Source: Candidatus Aenigmatarchaeota archaeon
GTDB lineage: Archaea; Aenigmatarchaeota; Aenigmatarchaeia; QMZP01
Length of the DNA stretch: 23,684 bases
NCBI GenBank assembly: GCA_038999435.1
Contig: JAVZYR010000007.1
Coordinates: 1 to 23,684, forward strand
Direction: 5' to 3'
A program made the translations under genes and the position numbers. This document shows positions 1 through 9,442 of this stretch, piece by piece. How positions within the stretch are numbered: the first letter of the stretch is position 1; every line of letters begins with the position of its first letter. Under the pieces are notes generated by a model. That model was not told the DNA's origin, ran no database searches, and saw only the letters and a list, made by a program, of their open reading frames with translations.

Positions 1-527
1 TGAGAGGTTTTATAGTTAAATCAGGATTTAAGTTTGGCTCCCATTTTAGAATATATTTTCAAGGTGTTTCTCCTCTTAGCGAAAAAGGATATGTGCATTC
101 AAAGCATGTTCTACACGTCTTTCCAAAGGAACAGAAGCTGCTCGTCTCTGAATGGGCCCGTGTTGTGCGCGTAGCCCATTCTGTGAAAAAAACTTTCATA
201 CTTGGTATACCAGAGCTTCGGCAGAAGGATTATATAAAATGGAGGGAGGATTTTGTTGCATGGAGAAGAAAAAAGGGCCCTGGTGGGCTTGTACGTGAAA
301 CACCAGATATAGATCCTGCAAGATATCTTCTTATAGCACTATCTGAAGATGAACATATAGGTGGCATAGAACTTGCATCACTCCTAAATTATGCAAATGA
401 AAAGGGTCTTGAGCTCATACTTTCAATAACAGATTCTGAAACAGCAATTACATATTATGTTTTAAAGCGCATAATCCTTCCCGGTTCAAAGTATGAATAT
501 TATGAGATTGAATGGATGAAGCCATAG
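1..527 (+). CDS. endA: tRNA intron (splicing) endonuclease, 5'-truncated by window; catalytic unit followed by an extra structural-like unit
   Basis: The frame from nt 3 is open and reads RGFIVKSGFKFGSHFRIY...YVHSKH...WARVVRVAHSVKK, the EndA catalytic-unit motifs. About 100 further residues follow, ending DSETAITYY...YEYYEIEWMKP. Confidence 0.92.
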   Translation, partial: RGFIVKSGFKFGSHFRIYFQGVSPLSEKGYVHSKHVLHVFPKEQKLLVSEWARVVRVAHSVKKTFILGIPELRQKDYIKWREDFVAWRRKKGPGGLVRETPDIDPARYLLIALSEDEHIGGIELASLLNYANEKGLELILSITDSETAITYYVLKRIILPGSKYEYYEIEWMKP

Positions 528-531
528 CTGT

Positions 532-2970
532 ATGGAAAAGTTCTATCTCCTGGATGTAGATTGGACCCTTGATGGCGATGAGCCTGTTATCAGGCTGTGG
601 GGTAAAACAAAAAACGAAAAAACCATAGTTGTGTTTGACAGGTCGTTTAGAGATTATTTTTACGTTGAGCCAAAACACAGCCTTTCTGAACAGGAGGTAA
701 AGGATTTGGCTGAAAGGATATCCAAGATACAAATTGAAGGTAAAAAACCAGAAAAAACAGAGATCTTGGATATGAAATTGCTTGGAAAGCCAATAAGGGT
801 CATAAAGGTGATTACAAAAAATCCTCATGATGTGCAAAAAATAAGAGACATCGTCAAAGAATGGGAAGATGTCAGAGAAGAATATGAATATGCAATGACT
901 CTACATAGGAAATATCTGATTGTTAAAGGTTTTATCCCTCTTCGATGGTTTGCTGTAGATGGCGAAAAAGTTGAAACAAATCTGAATGTTGATGCTGCTA
1001 TAAATGCAAAAAGGATTGAAATGCTTGAGGAAGAGGAACAACCAAAGTTAAAAATACTCGCATTTGATATAGAAATGACAGAAGAAAATGGGGAGGAAAA
1101 AATAATCATGATTTCTATAATGGACAATGCAGGCTATGAGGTTGTACTAACATATAGACCAGTAAAGGCAAGAGGTGTTGAGGTGCTATCTGATGAGAAG
1201 TTGCTAATAGAGAGATTTTTACATATTGTGTATGAAAGAAACCCTGATATCATTTGCGGCTATAATACAGATAGATTTGACTTTCCAAAACTTGTTGAAA
1301 GGGCAGAAAGGTATAAGATTCCACTAAAACTTGGCCGAGACAACACACAACTTATATTTAGAAGACGAGGAAAAATAAGTACTGCACAAATTAAGGGTAG
1401 AGTACATATAGACCTCTATGATTTTGTAGAACATATACTTTCTCAGACCCTTATATCAGAAGTGCTTACCCTTGATAAGGTAGCGCAGGAACTACTTGGG
1501 GTAGGGAAAAAACCTATGAAATGGAAGGAGATAAGCGAAGCATGGAAAAGTAAGGAAGGTGTTGAAAAACTCATTAAATATTGTAGATGGGATTCTGAAC
1601 TCACACTTGACTTGGCTGATTATCTTTTGCCGCAGATAGCCGAGCTTTGTAAGATAACTGGCCAAACACTTTTTGATGTCTCACGCATGACCTATTCACA
1701 GATGGTTGAATGGTTACTTATAAGGAAGGCATATGAAAAAGGTGAGATTGCATGTAACAGACCAAAGGCTGAAGAAATTGAAAAAAGAAAGAAGGCTGAG
1801 CCATATGCAGGTGCCTATGTGCATATGCCAAAGGAAGGTGTACATGAAAATATCGCCCTTTTTGATTTTAGAAGCCTTTATCCCTCTATAATTGTTTCCC
1901 ACAACATCTCTCCTGAAACATTGGATTGTGAACATCCAATGTGTAAAAAGAACACAGTTCCTGAGAACGGCCATTGGTTTTGTGTGCAAAAAACTGGATT
2001 TATTCCTGAAATACTCAATGACCTGATGAAAAAAAGAATTGACATAAATAAAAAGCTTTTGAAAACAAATAAACGTTCTGTTCTTTATAGACAACTCTCA
2101 AACAGACAGTTTGGGCTCAAGATCCTCGCAAATGCATTCTATGGTTATTATGGTTATGCAGGTAGTAGATGGTATTCAAGGATATGCGCGCAATCCATAA
2201 CTGCATGGGGCAGATATTATATAAGAAGCGTGATAAGAATGGTGGAATCGGAAAGATATGAGGTACTTTATGGCGATACAGATTCGCTATTCTTGAAAAT
2301 AAAATCTGAAAGAGGGCTTAAAAGATTTCTTGAAAAAATAAATGCCACCCTGCCAGGTGTAATTAAGCTTGAATTAAAGGATGTCTACAAAAGAGGGATT
2401 TTCATCGAAGCAAAAACAGGTTTTGCAGCAAAGAAAAAATATGCACTGCTTGACAAAAAAGGTAGGCTTGTGATAAGAGGAATGGAAACAAGAAGGCGTG
2501 ATTGGGCTAAGATTGCAAAGGATACACAAGAGGCTGTTTTAGAAGCAATATTAAAACATAACTCTGTTAAAAAGGCAATTGAAGCTGTTAGAGAAAGGAT
2601 AAATGCGCTTAGAAAAGGCAAAATAAAATTTGATGATATTATTATATACACACAACTCACAAAACCATTAAACCAATACGAGCAGATAGGCCCCCATGTA
2701 AAGGCTGCACAGAAAGCACTTGAACGTGGGAGACCTGTTGGCGAAGGCTCTGTAATATTATATGTGATAACAAAGGGCCCGGGTTCAATATCTGATAAAG
2801 CTGAACCTGCAGAAGATGCAAAGGATTATGACCCTGAATATTACATCCATCACCAGGTTATACCTCCGGCACTAAGAATCTTGGCAAGTTTTGGTGTAAC
2901 AGAAGAGGATTTATTAAAAGAACGAAAAGAGGACCAAGAGTCATTGGAGAGGTTTATAAAGAAAAAATAA
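532..2970 (+). CDS. polB: Family B DNA polymerase (archaeal PolB3-like) with 3'-5' exonuclease domain
   Basis: Exonuclease motifs AFDIE and GYNTDRFDF; polymerase motifs DFRSLYPSII, KILANAFYGY and YGDTDS; C-terminal PIP-box-like QESLERFI. No intein seen. Confidence 0.97.
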   Translation: MEKFYLLDVDWTLDGDEPVIRLWGKTKNEKTIVVFDRSFRDYFYVEPKHSLSEQEVKDLAERISKIQIEGKKPEKTEILDMKLLGKPIRVIKVITKNPHDVQKIRDIVKEWEDVREEYEYAMTLHRKYLIVKGFIPLRWFAVDGEKVETNLNVDAAINAKRIEMLEEEEQPKLKILAFDIEMTEENGEEKIIMISIMDNAGYEVVLTYRPVKARGVEVLSDEKLLIERFLHIVYERNPDIICGYNTDRFDFPKLVERAERYKIPLKLGRDNTQLIFRRRGKISTAQIKGRVHIDLYDFVEHILSQTLISEVLTLDKVAQELLGVGKKPMKWKEISEAWKSKEGVEKLIKYCRWDSELTLDLADYLLPQIAELCKITGQTLFDVSRMTYSQMVEWLLIRKAYEKGEIACNRPKAEEIEKRKKAEPYAGAYVHMPKEGVHENIALFDFRSLYPSIIVSHNISPETLDCEHPMCKKNTVPENGHWFCVQKTGFIPEILNDLMKKRIDINKKLLKTNKRSVLYRQLSNRQFGLKILANAFYGYYGYAGSRWYSRICAQSITAWGRYYIRSVIRMVESERYEVLYGDTDSLFLKIKSERGLKRFLEKINATLPGVIKLELKDVYKRGIFIEAKTGFAAKKKYALLDKKGRLVIRGMETRRRDWAKIAKDTQEAVLEAILKHNSVKKAIEAVRERINALRKGKIKFDDIIIYTQLTKPLNQYEQIGPHVKAAQKALERGRPVGEGSVILYVITKGPGSISDKAEPAEDAKDYDPEYYIHHQVIPPALRILASFGVTEEDLLKERKEDQESLERFIKKK

Positions 2971-2972
2971 TT

Positions 2973-3401
2973 ATGAAAAAAACTGTTCCTGGTGAGGGTC
3001 CGAAAGGCGCAAAAATAGTTTTTATAGGAGAGGCCCCAGGTAAAACTGAAATAAAACTTGGTAGACCTTTTGTAGGTAGGGCTGGCAAATTTCTTGATAA
3101 GGAGATGATAAGATTTGGTATAGACAGGAAAAAGGTCTATATTACAAACCTTGTCAAAGAGAGGGTCATTGGCCCTCCAAAAAAGACACAAATAAAGAGA
3201 TGGTTGCCTGTTCTTGAAAAGGAGTTAGAGAAGATCAAACCAAAAATCATTGTGCTACTTGGCAGGACAGCAACAAAAAATGTGCCAAGAAGTATGGATG
3301 TTATTTATGTTGAATTACCACATCCTTCAGCAGCGATGAGATTCCCAAAACAAAAAGAAAAATTCAGGATGGGATTGAAAAACTTGAAAAAATTGCTATA
3401 A
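2973..3401 (+). CDS. udg: Uracil-DNA glycosylase, family-4-like, minimal (142 aa, no cysteines)
   Basis: Motifs IGEAPG, GRPFVGRAG, VYITNLVK, PKIIVLLG and HPSA. Starts 2 nt after the polB stop. Confidence 0.88.
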   Translation: MKKTVPGEGPKGAKIVFIGEAPGKTEIKLGRPFVGRAGKFLDKEMIRFGIDRKKVYITNLVKERVIGPPKKTQIKRWLPVLEKELEKIKPKIIVLLGRTATKNVPRSMDVIYVELPHPSAAMRFPKQKEKFRMGLKNLKKLL

Positions 3402-4004
3402 TTTCTTTTTGTGGGCCCATACCTTGCCAAGCCTGAGCAGTGCAACTTCAAGCCGCACAAATTTCTCAGTATGCCTATCATATTTGTTCAAATCAATTTT
3501 GAGCCGTTTTGCTGCTAAGTTCACAAATGGTGAGAATTCAGGATCTGCCTTTGGTAGTATGTGGCGAAGTTCTCTGAGAAATATATTGACAGTAACAGGG
3601 CCAATACCGCGTATATCCATCAAAATCCTCTCTAAGTCCTTTGAATTTTTAGCATCTTTATAGATTTTTTCCAAAGGATAGTTTTTAAGCACATCCATCA
3701 CCTCAAGTAGTTTATCAGCAGTTGAAAAATCGTAACGAACATAACCTCCTTCGTCCAGTATCTCAACTAATCGGTCCCAACCAGCAGATAATATTTTTTC
3801 AGGTGTTATCAGGCCTGCATCTGCAAATTTTTTATATGTTTTCTTTACTATGCTTTCACCTATTGGTTTTCCAAATAGCAGGGCTGCTAAAAACCATTTA
3901 AAAATCTCCGACCATTTTTTGGATTTTAAATCTATTCCAAGCTCTTCTGAATAAAGTTGACCAAATCTTTTAATCAGGACCTCAATATCATCTTTTTTCC
4001 TCAT
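3396..4004 (-). CDS. HhH-GPD superfamily (endonuclease III-like) DNA glycosylase-related protein
   Basis: HhH motif LMDIRGIGPVTVNIFLREL; FKWFLAALLFGKPI and GGYVRYD segments. No Fe-S cysteines. Confidence 0.75.
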   Translation of the reverse strand: MRKKDDIEVLIKRFGQLYSEELGIDLKSKKWSEIFKWFLAALLFGKPIGESIVKKTYKKFADAGLITPEKILSAGWDRLVEILDEGGYVRYDFSTADKLLEVMDVLKNYPLEKIYKDAKNSKDLERILMDIRGIGPVTVNIFLRELRHILPKADPEFSPFVNLAAKRLKIDLNKYDRHTEKFVRLEVALLRLGKVWAHKKKL

Positions 4005-4510
4005 GCCCCACTTACAAGAACATCAAGAATAAAGGCCATACCAAAATAACCAGCAAATGCAACCAACGTGCATACAAATATCTTTCCTATCAAACACGCC
4101 AAAAAGAATTTTTTCAAATCATAGCCAATCACACCGCTTATAAGCCCTGCTACATCAGCAGGAAGGGGTGTTGCATTAAATATGACAATGACAAGAAATA
4201 CACCCCAATGTTTTGCCCATCTCTCTGCCCTTTTAATCCATTTTTTATTTTTTAAAACCCTTTTTCCACCTCGGCCCAAAAAATATGTTGTAAGTTCCCC
4301 AAGAGCGCCACCGGTCCCAGCACATAAACCAACAAGCCACGGATTAAATATTGCACCAAAGGTAAATATAATGACAGTGGTTGGAAGTACAGGAAAGAAA
4401 ACCGTTGATGTTCCAAAAAAAGATACTAAAAAAATACCAAGATACCCCCACGTAGCGCTTATGGAACTTGCCCAGGCTATGAATGAAGCGACAATCTCGT
4501 TAAAAGCCAT
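4001..4510 (-). CDS. DedA/VTT (SNARE-associated) family membrane protein
   Basis: Hydrophobic protein with GGALGELTTYFLGR, TPLPADV..L..G and FFLACLIGK segments typical of the family. Confidence 0.85.
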   Translation of the reverse strand: MAFNEIVASFIAWASSISATWGYLGIFLVSFFGTSTVFFPVLPTTVIIFTFGAIFNPWLVGLCAGTGGALGELTTYFLGRGGKRVLKNKKWIKRAERWAKHWGVFLVIVIFNATPLPADVAGLISGVIGYDLKKFFLACLIGKIFVCTLVAFAGYFGMAFILDVLVSGA

Positions 4511-4540
4511 ATCTGATTAATTTATAATCTAATAAGTTAT

Positions 4541-4942
4541 ATGTTTTATAAAATTCTTGAATTTCAGATGGGTGCAAAAGAATTTAGGGATATCACACAA
4601 GATATAGCTGATATTGTTTCACATTCCGGAATAAAAAATGGATTGGTTTTGCTCTTTACACAAGGCTCAACTTCAGCATTAATTACAATAGAGAATGAAC
4701 CAGGCCTGTTAAATGACTTCTCAAAAATATTAGATAAGATTGTTCCGAAAAATGCAAACTATGAGCACAACAAGATTGATAACAATGCCACATCTCATCT
4801 TTTATCAAGCATCTTAGGCTGCAGTTTAGCAATACCATTGGTAGAAGGGAAGCTTTTTCTTGGAACTTGGCAACAGATATTCTTGATAAATTGCGATTTA
4901 AGACCAAGAAAAAGAAAAATACTTATACAGATTATATTTTAA
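4541..4942 (+). CDS. yjbQ: YjbQ/UPF0047 family protein
   Basis: Motifs DITQDI, ENEPGL, YEHN..DNNATSHL and LFLGTWQQIF. Confidence 0.92.
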   Translation: MFYKILEFQMGAKEFRDITQDIADIVSHSGIKNGLVLLFTQGSTSALITIENEPGLLNDFSKILDKIVPKNANYEHNKIDNNATSHLLSSILGCSLAIPLVEGKLFLGTWQQIFLINCDLRPRKRKILIQIIF

Positions 4943-5267
4943 TCCCTTCTCCGTATTTACCAATCACAGGTAATGGCTCCTTTTTGCCTGTTATAGCATT
5001 GTAAAGACCTATAACAAAAAGTATGAAAATCGCAATACTTCCAAGCACAAGTATAGCAAAACCCGCAACAGGTATCCATGAAAGCACCATTACAATTAAT
5101 GAGCAGATGAAAAGCATAAGACCTTGTTTTGCATGATACATTGCATATTCGCTATCCTTTTTTAATAAGATTGTAAATATGAACAATATCCAAAGATACG
5201 ATATCGCAGCCCAAAACTTGTCTTCTTCTACTTTAGAGGTTTTTGGCTTTTCTTCTTTTTTAACCAT
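4932..5267 (-). CDS. DUF4870/Tic20-like small membrane protein
   Basis: AAISYL...YAMYHAKQGL...A..G...PLPVIG pattern with three hydrophobic segments. Confidence 0.8.
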   Translation of the reverse strand: MVKKEEKPKTSKVEEDKFWAAISYLWILFIFTILLKKDSEYAMYHAKQGLMLFICSLIVMVLSWIPVAGFAILVLGSIAIFILFVIGLYNAITGKKEPLPVIGKYGEGIKI

Positions 5268-5282
5268 AATATAATTTATTTT

Positions 5283-6062
5283 ATGGAATATAAAAATGTT
5301 TCAGAACAAGCATTAAGAGAGGCAGGAAAGATTATAATAAAAAATTTTCATAAAAATCTTAAAATCAAAACAAAAAGAAATTGGCAAGAACTTGTGACAA
5401 ATATCGATTTGAAAGCAAATGATATTATAATCAGCCATATAAGAAAAAATTTCCCCGATCATGGAATTGTTTCTGAGGAGAGTGATAAAAAAGGTGGGGT
5501 GCGATACACATGGTTTATTGACCCATTGGATGGCACGACAAATTATGTGACTGGCATACCATTTTTCTGCACATCCCTCGCATTATTGGATGGAAAAAAA
5601 CCTATCCTTGGTATGGTCTATAATCCGATAACAGATGAGATGTTTTGCGGTATTACGGGCAAAGGTGCATGGCTGAATGGTAAAAAAATAAAGGTATCAG
5701 AAAACAAAGATATAAAAGCAACATTAATAAATTACTGTCATACAAATAGAGCAAGAGATGTCAGGGTTATCTCAAAAATATTCTATCAAATGAAGATGGC
5801 TGGCCGTGATTTCAGGCGACTTGGCTCAGCCGGGCTCGATATATGCTGGGTTGCATGCGGTAGAAATGATGTATGGTTTCATACAAGCACAGAGAGGTTA
5901 TGGGATATTCTGCCTGGTTATGTAATAGCAAAAGAGGCAGGGGCAAAAATAACCGATTGGCAAGGCAAGGAATGGCTCTTTGATAAATCAAAAAATATTC
6001 TGATTACAAATGGGAGATTACATGGTAAAATGTTAAAGATGTTATGCAAGCTGAAATATTAG
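5283..6062 (+). CDS. suhB: Inositol monophosphatase family protein
   Basis: Motifs IVSEE, WFIDPLDGTTNY, RRLGSAGLD, WD and EAGAKITD. Confidence 0.93.
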   Translation: MEYKNVSEQALREAGKIIIKNFHKNLKIKTKRNWQELVTNIDLKANDIIISHIRKNFPDHGIVSEESDKKGGVRYTWFIDPLDGTTNYVTGIPFFCTSLALLDGKKPILGMVYNPITDEMFCGITGKGAWLNGKKIKVSENKDIKATLINYCHTNRARDVRVISKIFYQMKMAGRDFRRLGSAGLDICWVACGRNDVWFHTSTERLWDILPGYVIAKEAGAKITDWQGKEWLFDKSKNILITNGRLHGKMLKMLCKLKY

Positions 6063-6928
6063 AAAAATATAAAAGGGCAGGGGCAATTGCAGCAAAAGTG
6101 AAAAATGATGTTTTAGGTAGAATAAAAGTCGATATGAGCCTACTTGAACTTGCAAATTTTATAGAACAAAAAATAAGAGAGTATGGTGGCCAACCTGCAT
6201 TCCCTGTGAATATATCGATTGATGATGTGGCTGCACATGATACGCCTGCATGGAATGATATGAGAAAAATACCTGAAAATGCATTGGTAAAGATAGACAT
6301 TGGCGTGCACGTGGATGGATACATCGGTGATTTGGCATTCACATGGTGTTCAAAACCAAACCCTATAATCAATACTGCTGAAGATGTCTTGAATGCAGCA
6401 ATATCAGTAATAAGGCCTGAGATTACAATATCAGATATTTCTGTTGTTATAGAAGAAAAAGCAAAAGAAAGTGGCTATGGTGTGATAACAAACCTCACAG
6501 GTCATGGTCTCGAGCAGTACGAATTTCATGCATCACCAAACATACCAAATGTAAAAAATGATATAGATTATAAGTTGAAAAAGGGTGATGTGATTGCACT
6601 AGAACCATTTTTAACAGAAAGCAATGGTTATGTTAAGGAATCGGGAAAGAGTGAAATTTTCAGATTTCTGCAAGACAGGCCTGTTAGGATGCTTGAAGCA
6701 AGAAAAATACTTCAGATGGCAAGAGAGACATGGCATGGCCTACCTTTTGCAAAAAGATGGCTTTCTTCCTTTTCGCCTTTGAAGATTGCACTTGCAATAA
6801 AACAACTTGAGGATGCAAATGCAATCGAGTCATTTCCAGTTTTAAAAGAAATAAGCGGAAAGCCAATCGCACAAGCAGAGCATACTATAGTTGTTCTTGA
6901 AAAACCTTTAGTCATAACATATGGATAA
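6044..6928 (+). CDS. map: Type II methionine aminopeptidase
   Basis: Motifs AFPVNIS...AAHDTP, KIDIGVHVDGYIGD, NLTGHG, ALEPF and AQAEHT. Confidence 0.96.
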   Translation: MQAEILEKYKRAGAIAAKVKNDVLGRIKVDMSLLELANFIEQKIREYGGQPAFPVNISIDDVAAHDTPAWNDMRKIPENALVKIDIGVHVDGYIGDLAFTWCSKPNPIINTAEDVLNAAISVIRPEITISDISVVIEEKAKESGYGVITNLTGHGLEQYEFHASPNIPNVKNDIDYKLKKGDVIALEPFLTESNGYVKESGKSEIFRFLQDRPVRMLEARKILQMARETWHGLPFAKRWLSSFSPLKIALAIKQLEDANAIESFPVLKEISGKPIAQAEHTIVVLEKPLVITYG

Positions 6929-7256
6929 AGAAAAGATTGAAGAATTAAAAATACTTCTGAAAAAGATACCACATGGTAAAGTTTGTAGTTATAAGGAGAT
7001 TGCCCGGGCCCTTGGAAATCCAAATGCTGCGAGGGCTGTTGGAAGAATGCTAAACAAAGTAGCAAAATTAGGACTACCTTGCCATCGTGTTGTGCATTGT
7101 GATGGTAGTATAGGCGGCTATGCATTTGGTAGAGATGAGAAAATTAGGAAGCTAAAAGCAGATGGTATTAGGGTCAAGAATGGAAAAATAGACAGGGCGT
7201 ATTTCCATTATTTTAAAAACAATAATCTAATTCCTTCTTACAAGGATTCAGAATGA
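6921..7256 (+). CDS. ogt: O6-methylguanine-DNA methyltransferase (MGMT) family, C-terminal domain only
   Basis: IPHGKVCSY..IA..LG.P.AARAVG, the active-site motif PCHRVV and GSIGGY. Confidence 0.88.
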   Translation: MDKEKIEELKILLKKIPHGKVCSYKEIARALGNPNAARAVGRMLNKVAKLGLPCHRVVHCDGSIGGYAFGRDEKIRKLKADGIRVKNGKIDRAYFHYFKNNNLIPSYKDSE

Positions 7257-7365
7257 TGTTGAAATTTGAAAATATCGCATCGCAGTTTGGACATATGAAC
7301 ACCTCTGGCTTCTTTTTCCATATTTTTCCAGATGTGCCGCAAACAGGGCATTTACCCACAAACAT
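7213..7365 (-). CDS. Zinc-ribbon microprotein (50 aa), absent from the ORF track
   Basis: Manual translation: MFVGKCPVCGTSGKIWKKKPEVFICPNCDAIFSNFNIILNPCKKELDYCF*, with CPVCG and CPNC knuckles. It lies downstream of and co-directional with rpl32e. Confidence 0.75.
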   Translation of the reverse strand: MFVGKCPVCGTSGKIWKKKPEVFICPNCDAIFSNFNIILNPCKKELDYCF

Positions 7366-7395
7366 AAAAAAGATTTGATTTTTGAATTTAAATTA

Positions 7396-7743
7396 TTAGA
7401 TTCTTAATTTATTCACAATCTTTATCCCTTTTTCCTCTGCAACCTTTACAATCTCTGCCCTTTTCTTTTTACCAACAGAAGATGCAACCCGCACAATATG
7501 TCGCTTTGGGTCAAGAGATGCAAGCTCGCTTACATTAAAAACCCTGACCTCTTCGAGCCCGAGCCAGTTCTTGCCTTTAATTTCAGAAGGAGAACCATAA
7601 CCAACCTTTACCCTTGCGCCATAGCTTCTTATCCCCTTTGCAAGCTTTGAATCAAGGCCCTTTGGTTTTCTCCAACAAAGCCTTAGCTTCTTTCTTTTCC
7701 ACCATTCTTGCCTTTTGAAGGCTGGCTTCTTTCTTTTTTTCAT
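7396..7743 (-). CDS. rpl32e: 50S ribosomal protein L32e
   Basis: KKPAFKRQEW, WRKPKGLDSK, VGYGSP and VGKKKR..I. Confidence 0.95.
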   Translation of the reverse strand: MKKRKKPAFKRQEWWKRKKLRLCWRKPKGLDSKLAKGIRSYGARVKVGYGSPSEIKGKNWLGLEEVRVFNVSELASLDPKRHIVRVASSVGKKKRAEIVKVAEEKGIKIVNKLRI

Positions 7744-7744
7744 A

Positions 7745-8278
7745 TCATTCCTCTATTGGCTTTGGTTTTTGTGTAATCCATATACCATCTGAAAATATCC
7801 TTTTGTCCCTATTTTTGACCCTTGCTGTGAGCTCGATATTCGCAGCCATTTGACCAACTGCCTCTTTATCAACCCCTTTTATAATGATATCAGCGCCCTT
7901 TACATCTACACTAACACCATCCAAAAGTCGTGTTAGCCTTGGGCTTCTTTCTCCCATGAAATTATGTATCTTCACATTTTTGTCTTCAACACTAACTTTT
8001 ATAGGAAAGTGTGAATAAACAACCTTCATGCTTGCCTGCCATCCTTTTTGAACCCCTATAAACATGTTTTTTATATGCGCAGCCCATGCACCGAATACAG
8101 CTTTTGCTTTTCTTCTTTCACTGGCACATTTTAGAATAATCTTACCTTCGCTTATTTCAAGCTGCACATCCAAACTTTCCATTCTTTTTTTCAACTCCCC
8201 TTTCGGTCCTGTTATGCTTAGAATCCCATCTGCATATCTTGCCTGAATACCTGCTGGGATTGCAATCTCCTTTTGCAT
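7745..8278 (-). CDS. rpl6: 50S ribosomal protein L6 (uL6)
   Basis: GPKGEL, HIKNMFIGV, VYSHFPI, NFMGE, VGQMAANIE and DKRIFSDGIWI. Confidence 0.96.
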   Translation of the reverse strand: MQKEIAIPAGIQARYADGILSITGPKGELKKRMESLDVQLEISEGKIILKCASERRKAKAVFGAWAAHIKNMFIGVQKGWQASMKVVYSHFPIKVSVEDKNVKIHNFMGERSPRLTRLLDGVSVDVKGADIIIKGVDKEAVGQMAANIELTARVKNRDKRIFSDGIWITQKPKPIEE

Positions 8279-8316
8279 AAATTATTTTTGTTACATGTTT
8301 TTAAAGTAATTGCAAA

Positions 8317-8535
8317 TTAGCCAAATATCTTTAAAGCAAACAAAGTAACTGCAACCAGTATAGTTATTGCTATAACGACCCAGAGTGCTGTCTTGCTTGA
8401 TGCAAAACCGAAGGGTATTGGACCTATAAAACCACCAAACCCCCATTCTACTTTTTCAGGTTTTGCAGCAAATAGTAAAATCAAAAAACCAATAACGATG
8501 AGTAATATGCCAATGAATGCTATATCCATATCCAT
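8317..8535 (-). CDS. DUF131/TIGR00304-like small membrane protein
   Basis: Two hydrophobic segments flanking GGFIGPIPFGF. Confidence 0.75.
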   Translation of the reverse strand: MDMDIAFIGILLIVIGFLILLFAAKPEKVEWGFGGFIGPIPFGFASSKTALWVVIAITILVAVTLFALKIFG

Positions 8536-8566
8536 TTTTAATGTTTTCTGCTATCTTTTATATGTT

Positions 8567-9388
8567 ATGAAAGTTGAACTACATTGTCATTCGATATATT
8601 CAAAAGGCAAGAGCATAAGATGGGAAGCTACTTCAAAGCCAGAGGAAATAATTAAAAAAGCAAAAAATATAGGCCTCGATGCTATTGCCCTAACAGACCA
8701 TAATACAACCAAAGGATGGGCCCGTGCATCTGCCGAAGCAAAAAGGGCTGAAATTCTATTCATTCCAGGTGAGGAGATAGACACAAAAGAAGGGCATATT
8801 ATAGCGCTAGATATAAACGAATTCATAAAGCCAAACATGACATTACAGGAAACGCTTGATGAGATAAAGGCACAGGGCGGTATTTCAGTAGCACCACATC
8901 CATTTGATGTAAGGCGCGAGGGTATTGGCAGATGGATAAAGCAAGTAGATGTTGTGGAGGGCATGAATGCTATGTGCCTTGACAGGATAAGCAATTGGTG
9001 GGCATGCACTCAGGCAAAAAAAATAGGAAAACCAATTGTATGCGGCTCTGATGCACATACAAGCGATATGCTTGGTTCGGCAAGGAACATCATTACTGCG
9101 TTTGATTATGAAGGCATTATAAGGGCCATAAAATATGGTGCTGTGTACATTGATTTTGAATACATCCATCCATCGCATATCGTAAGATGGACCAGAGAAA
9201 GATTTGCCCGATCTTATTTCCAGCTTATACAGAGGATGGCAGGCTATTCAAGGCCAAAAAGGATCATCGCATCGCTTCTTTTGAAAAGATTTATCATGTC
9301 TGATAGCAAGGTATGGTATGTGTTGGCAAGGATTGGAGAAGGGATATCCATATGCTATTCTGGGCTTAGATTTGCCTCCAAACGCTAA
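8567..9388 (+). CDS. PHP-domain metal-dependent phosphoesterase
   Basis: The start is more plausibly the ATG at 8567 (MKVELHCHS) than 8393. Motifs HxH, ALTDHN, GEE, GHI, PHPF and GSDAH. Confidence 0.9.
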   Translation: MKVELHCHSIYSKGKSIRWEATSKPEEIIKKAKNIGLDAIALTDHNTTKGWARASAEAKRAEILFIPGEEIDTKEGHIIALDINEFIKPNMTLQETLDEIKAQGGISVAPHPFDVRREGIGRWIKQVDVVEGMNAMCLDRISNWWACTQAKKIGKPIVCGSDAHTSDMLGSARNIITAFDYEGIIRAIKYGAVYIDFEYIHPSHIVRWTRERFARSYFQLIQRMAGYSRPKRIIASLLLKRFIMSDSKVWYVLARIGEGISICYSGLRFASKR

Positions 9389-9442
9389 AATTTAGGTAAT
9401 TAATTACATTATTAATTATTGCGGGGGTGCCCGAGCGGTCAA

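Noticed and set aside
6921..7256. Alkyltransferase-like (ATL) inactive protein
   Set aside because: It retains the acceptor Cys in PCHRV rather than the PWHRV of ATL proteins.
8393..8566. Long N-terminal extensions in the ORF track (also 10295-10399, 15785-15793, 17169-17222, 18782-18799)
   Set aside because: Several overlap neighbouring genes, and the domain starts or RBS positions favour the downstream ATGs.
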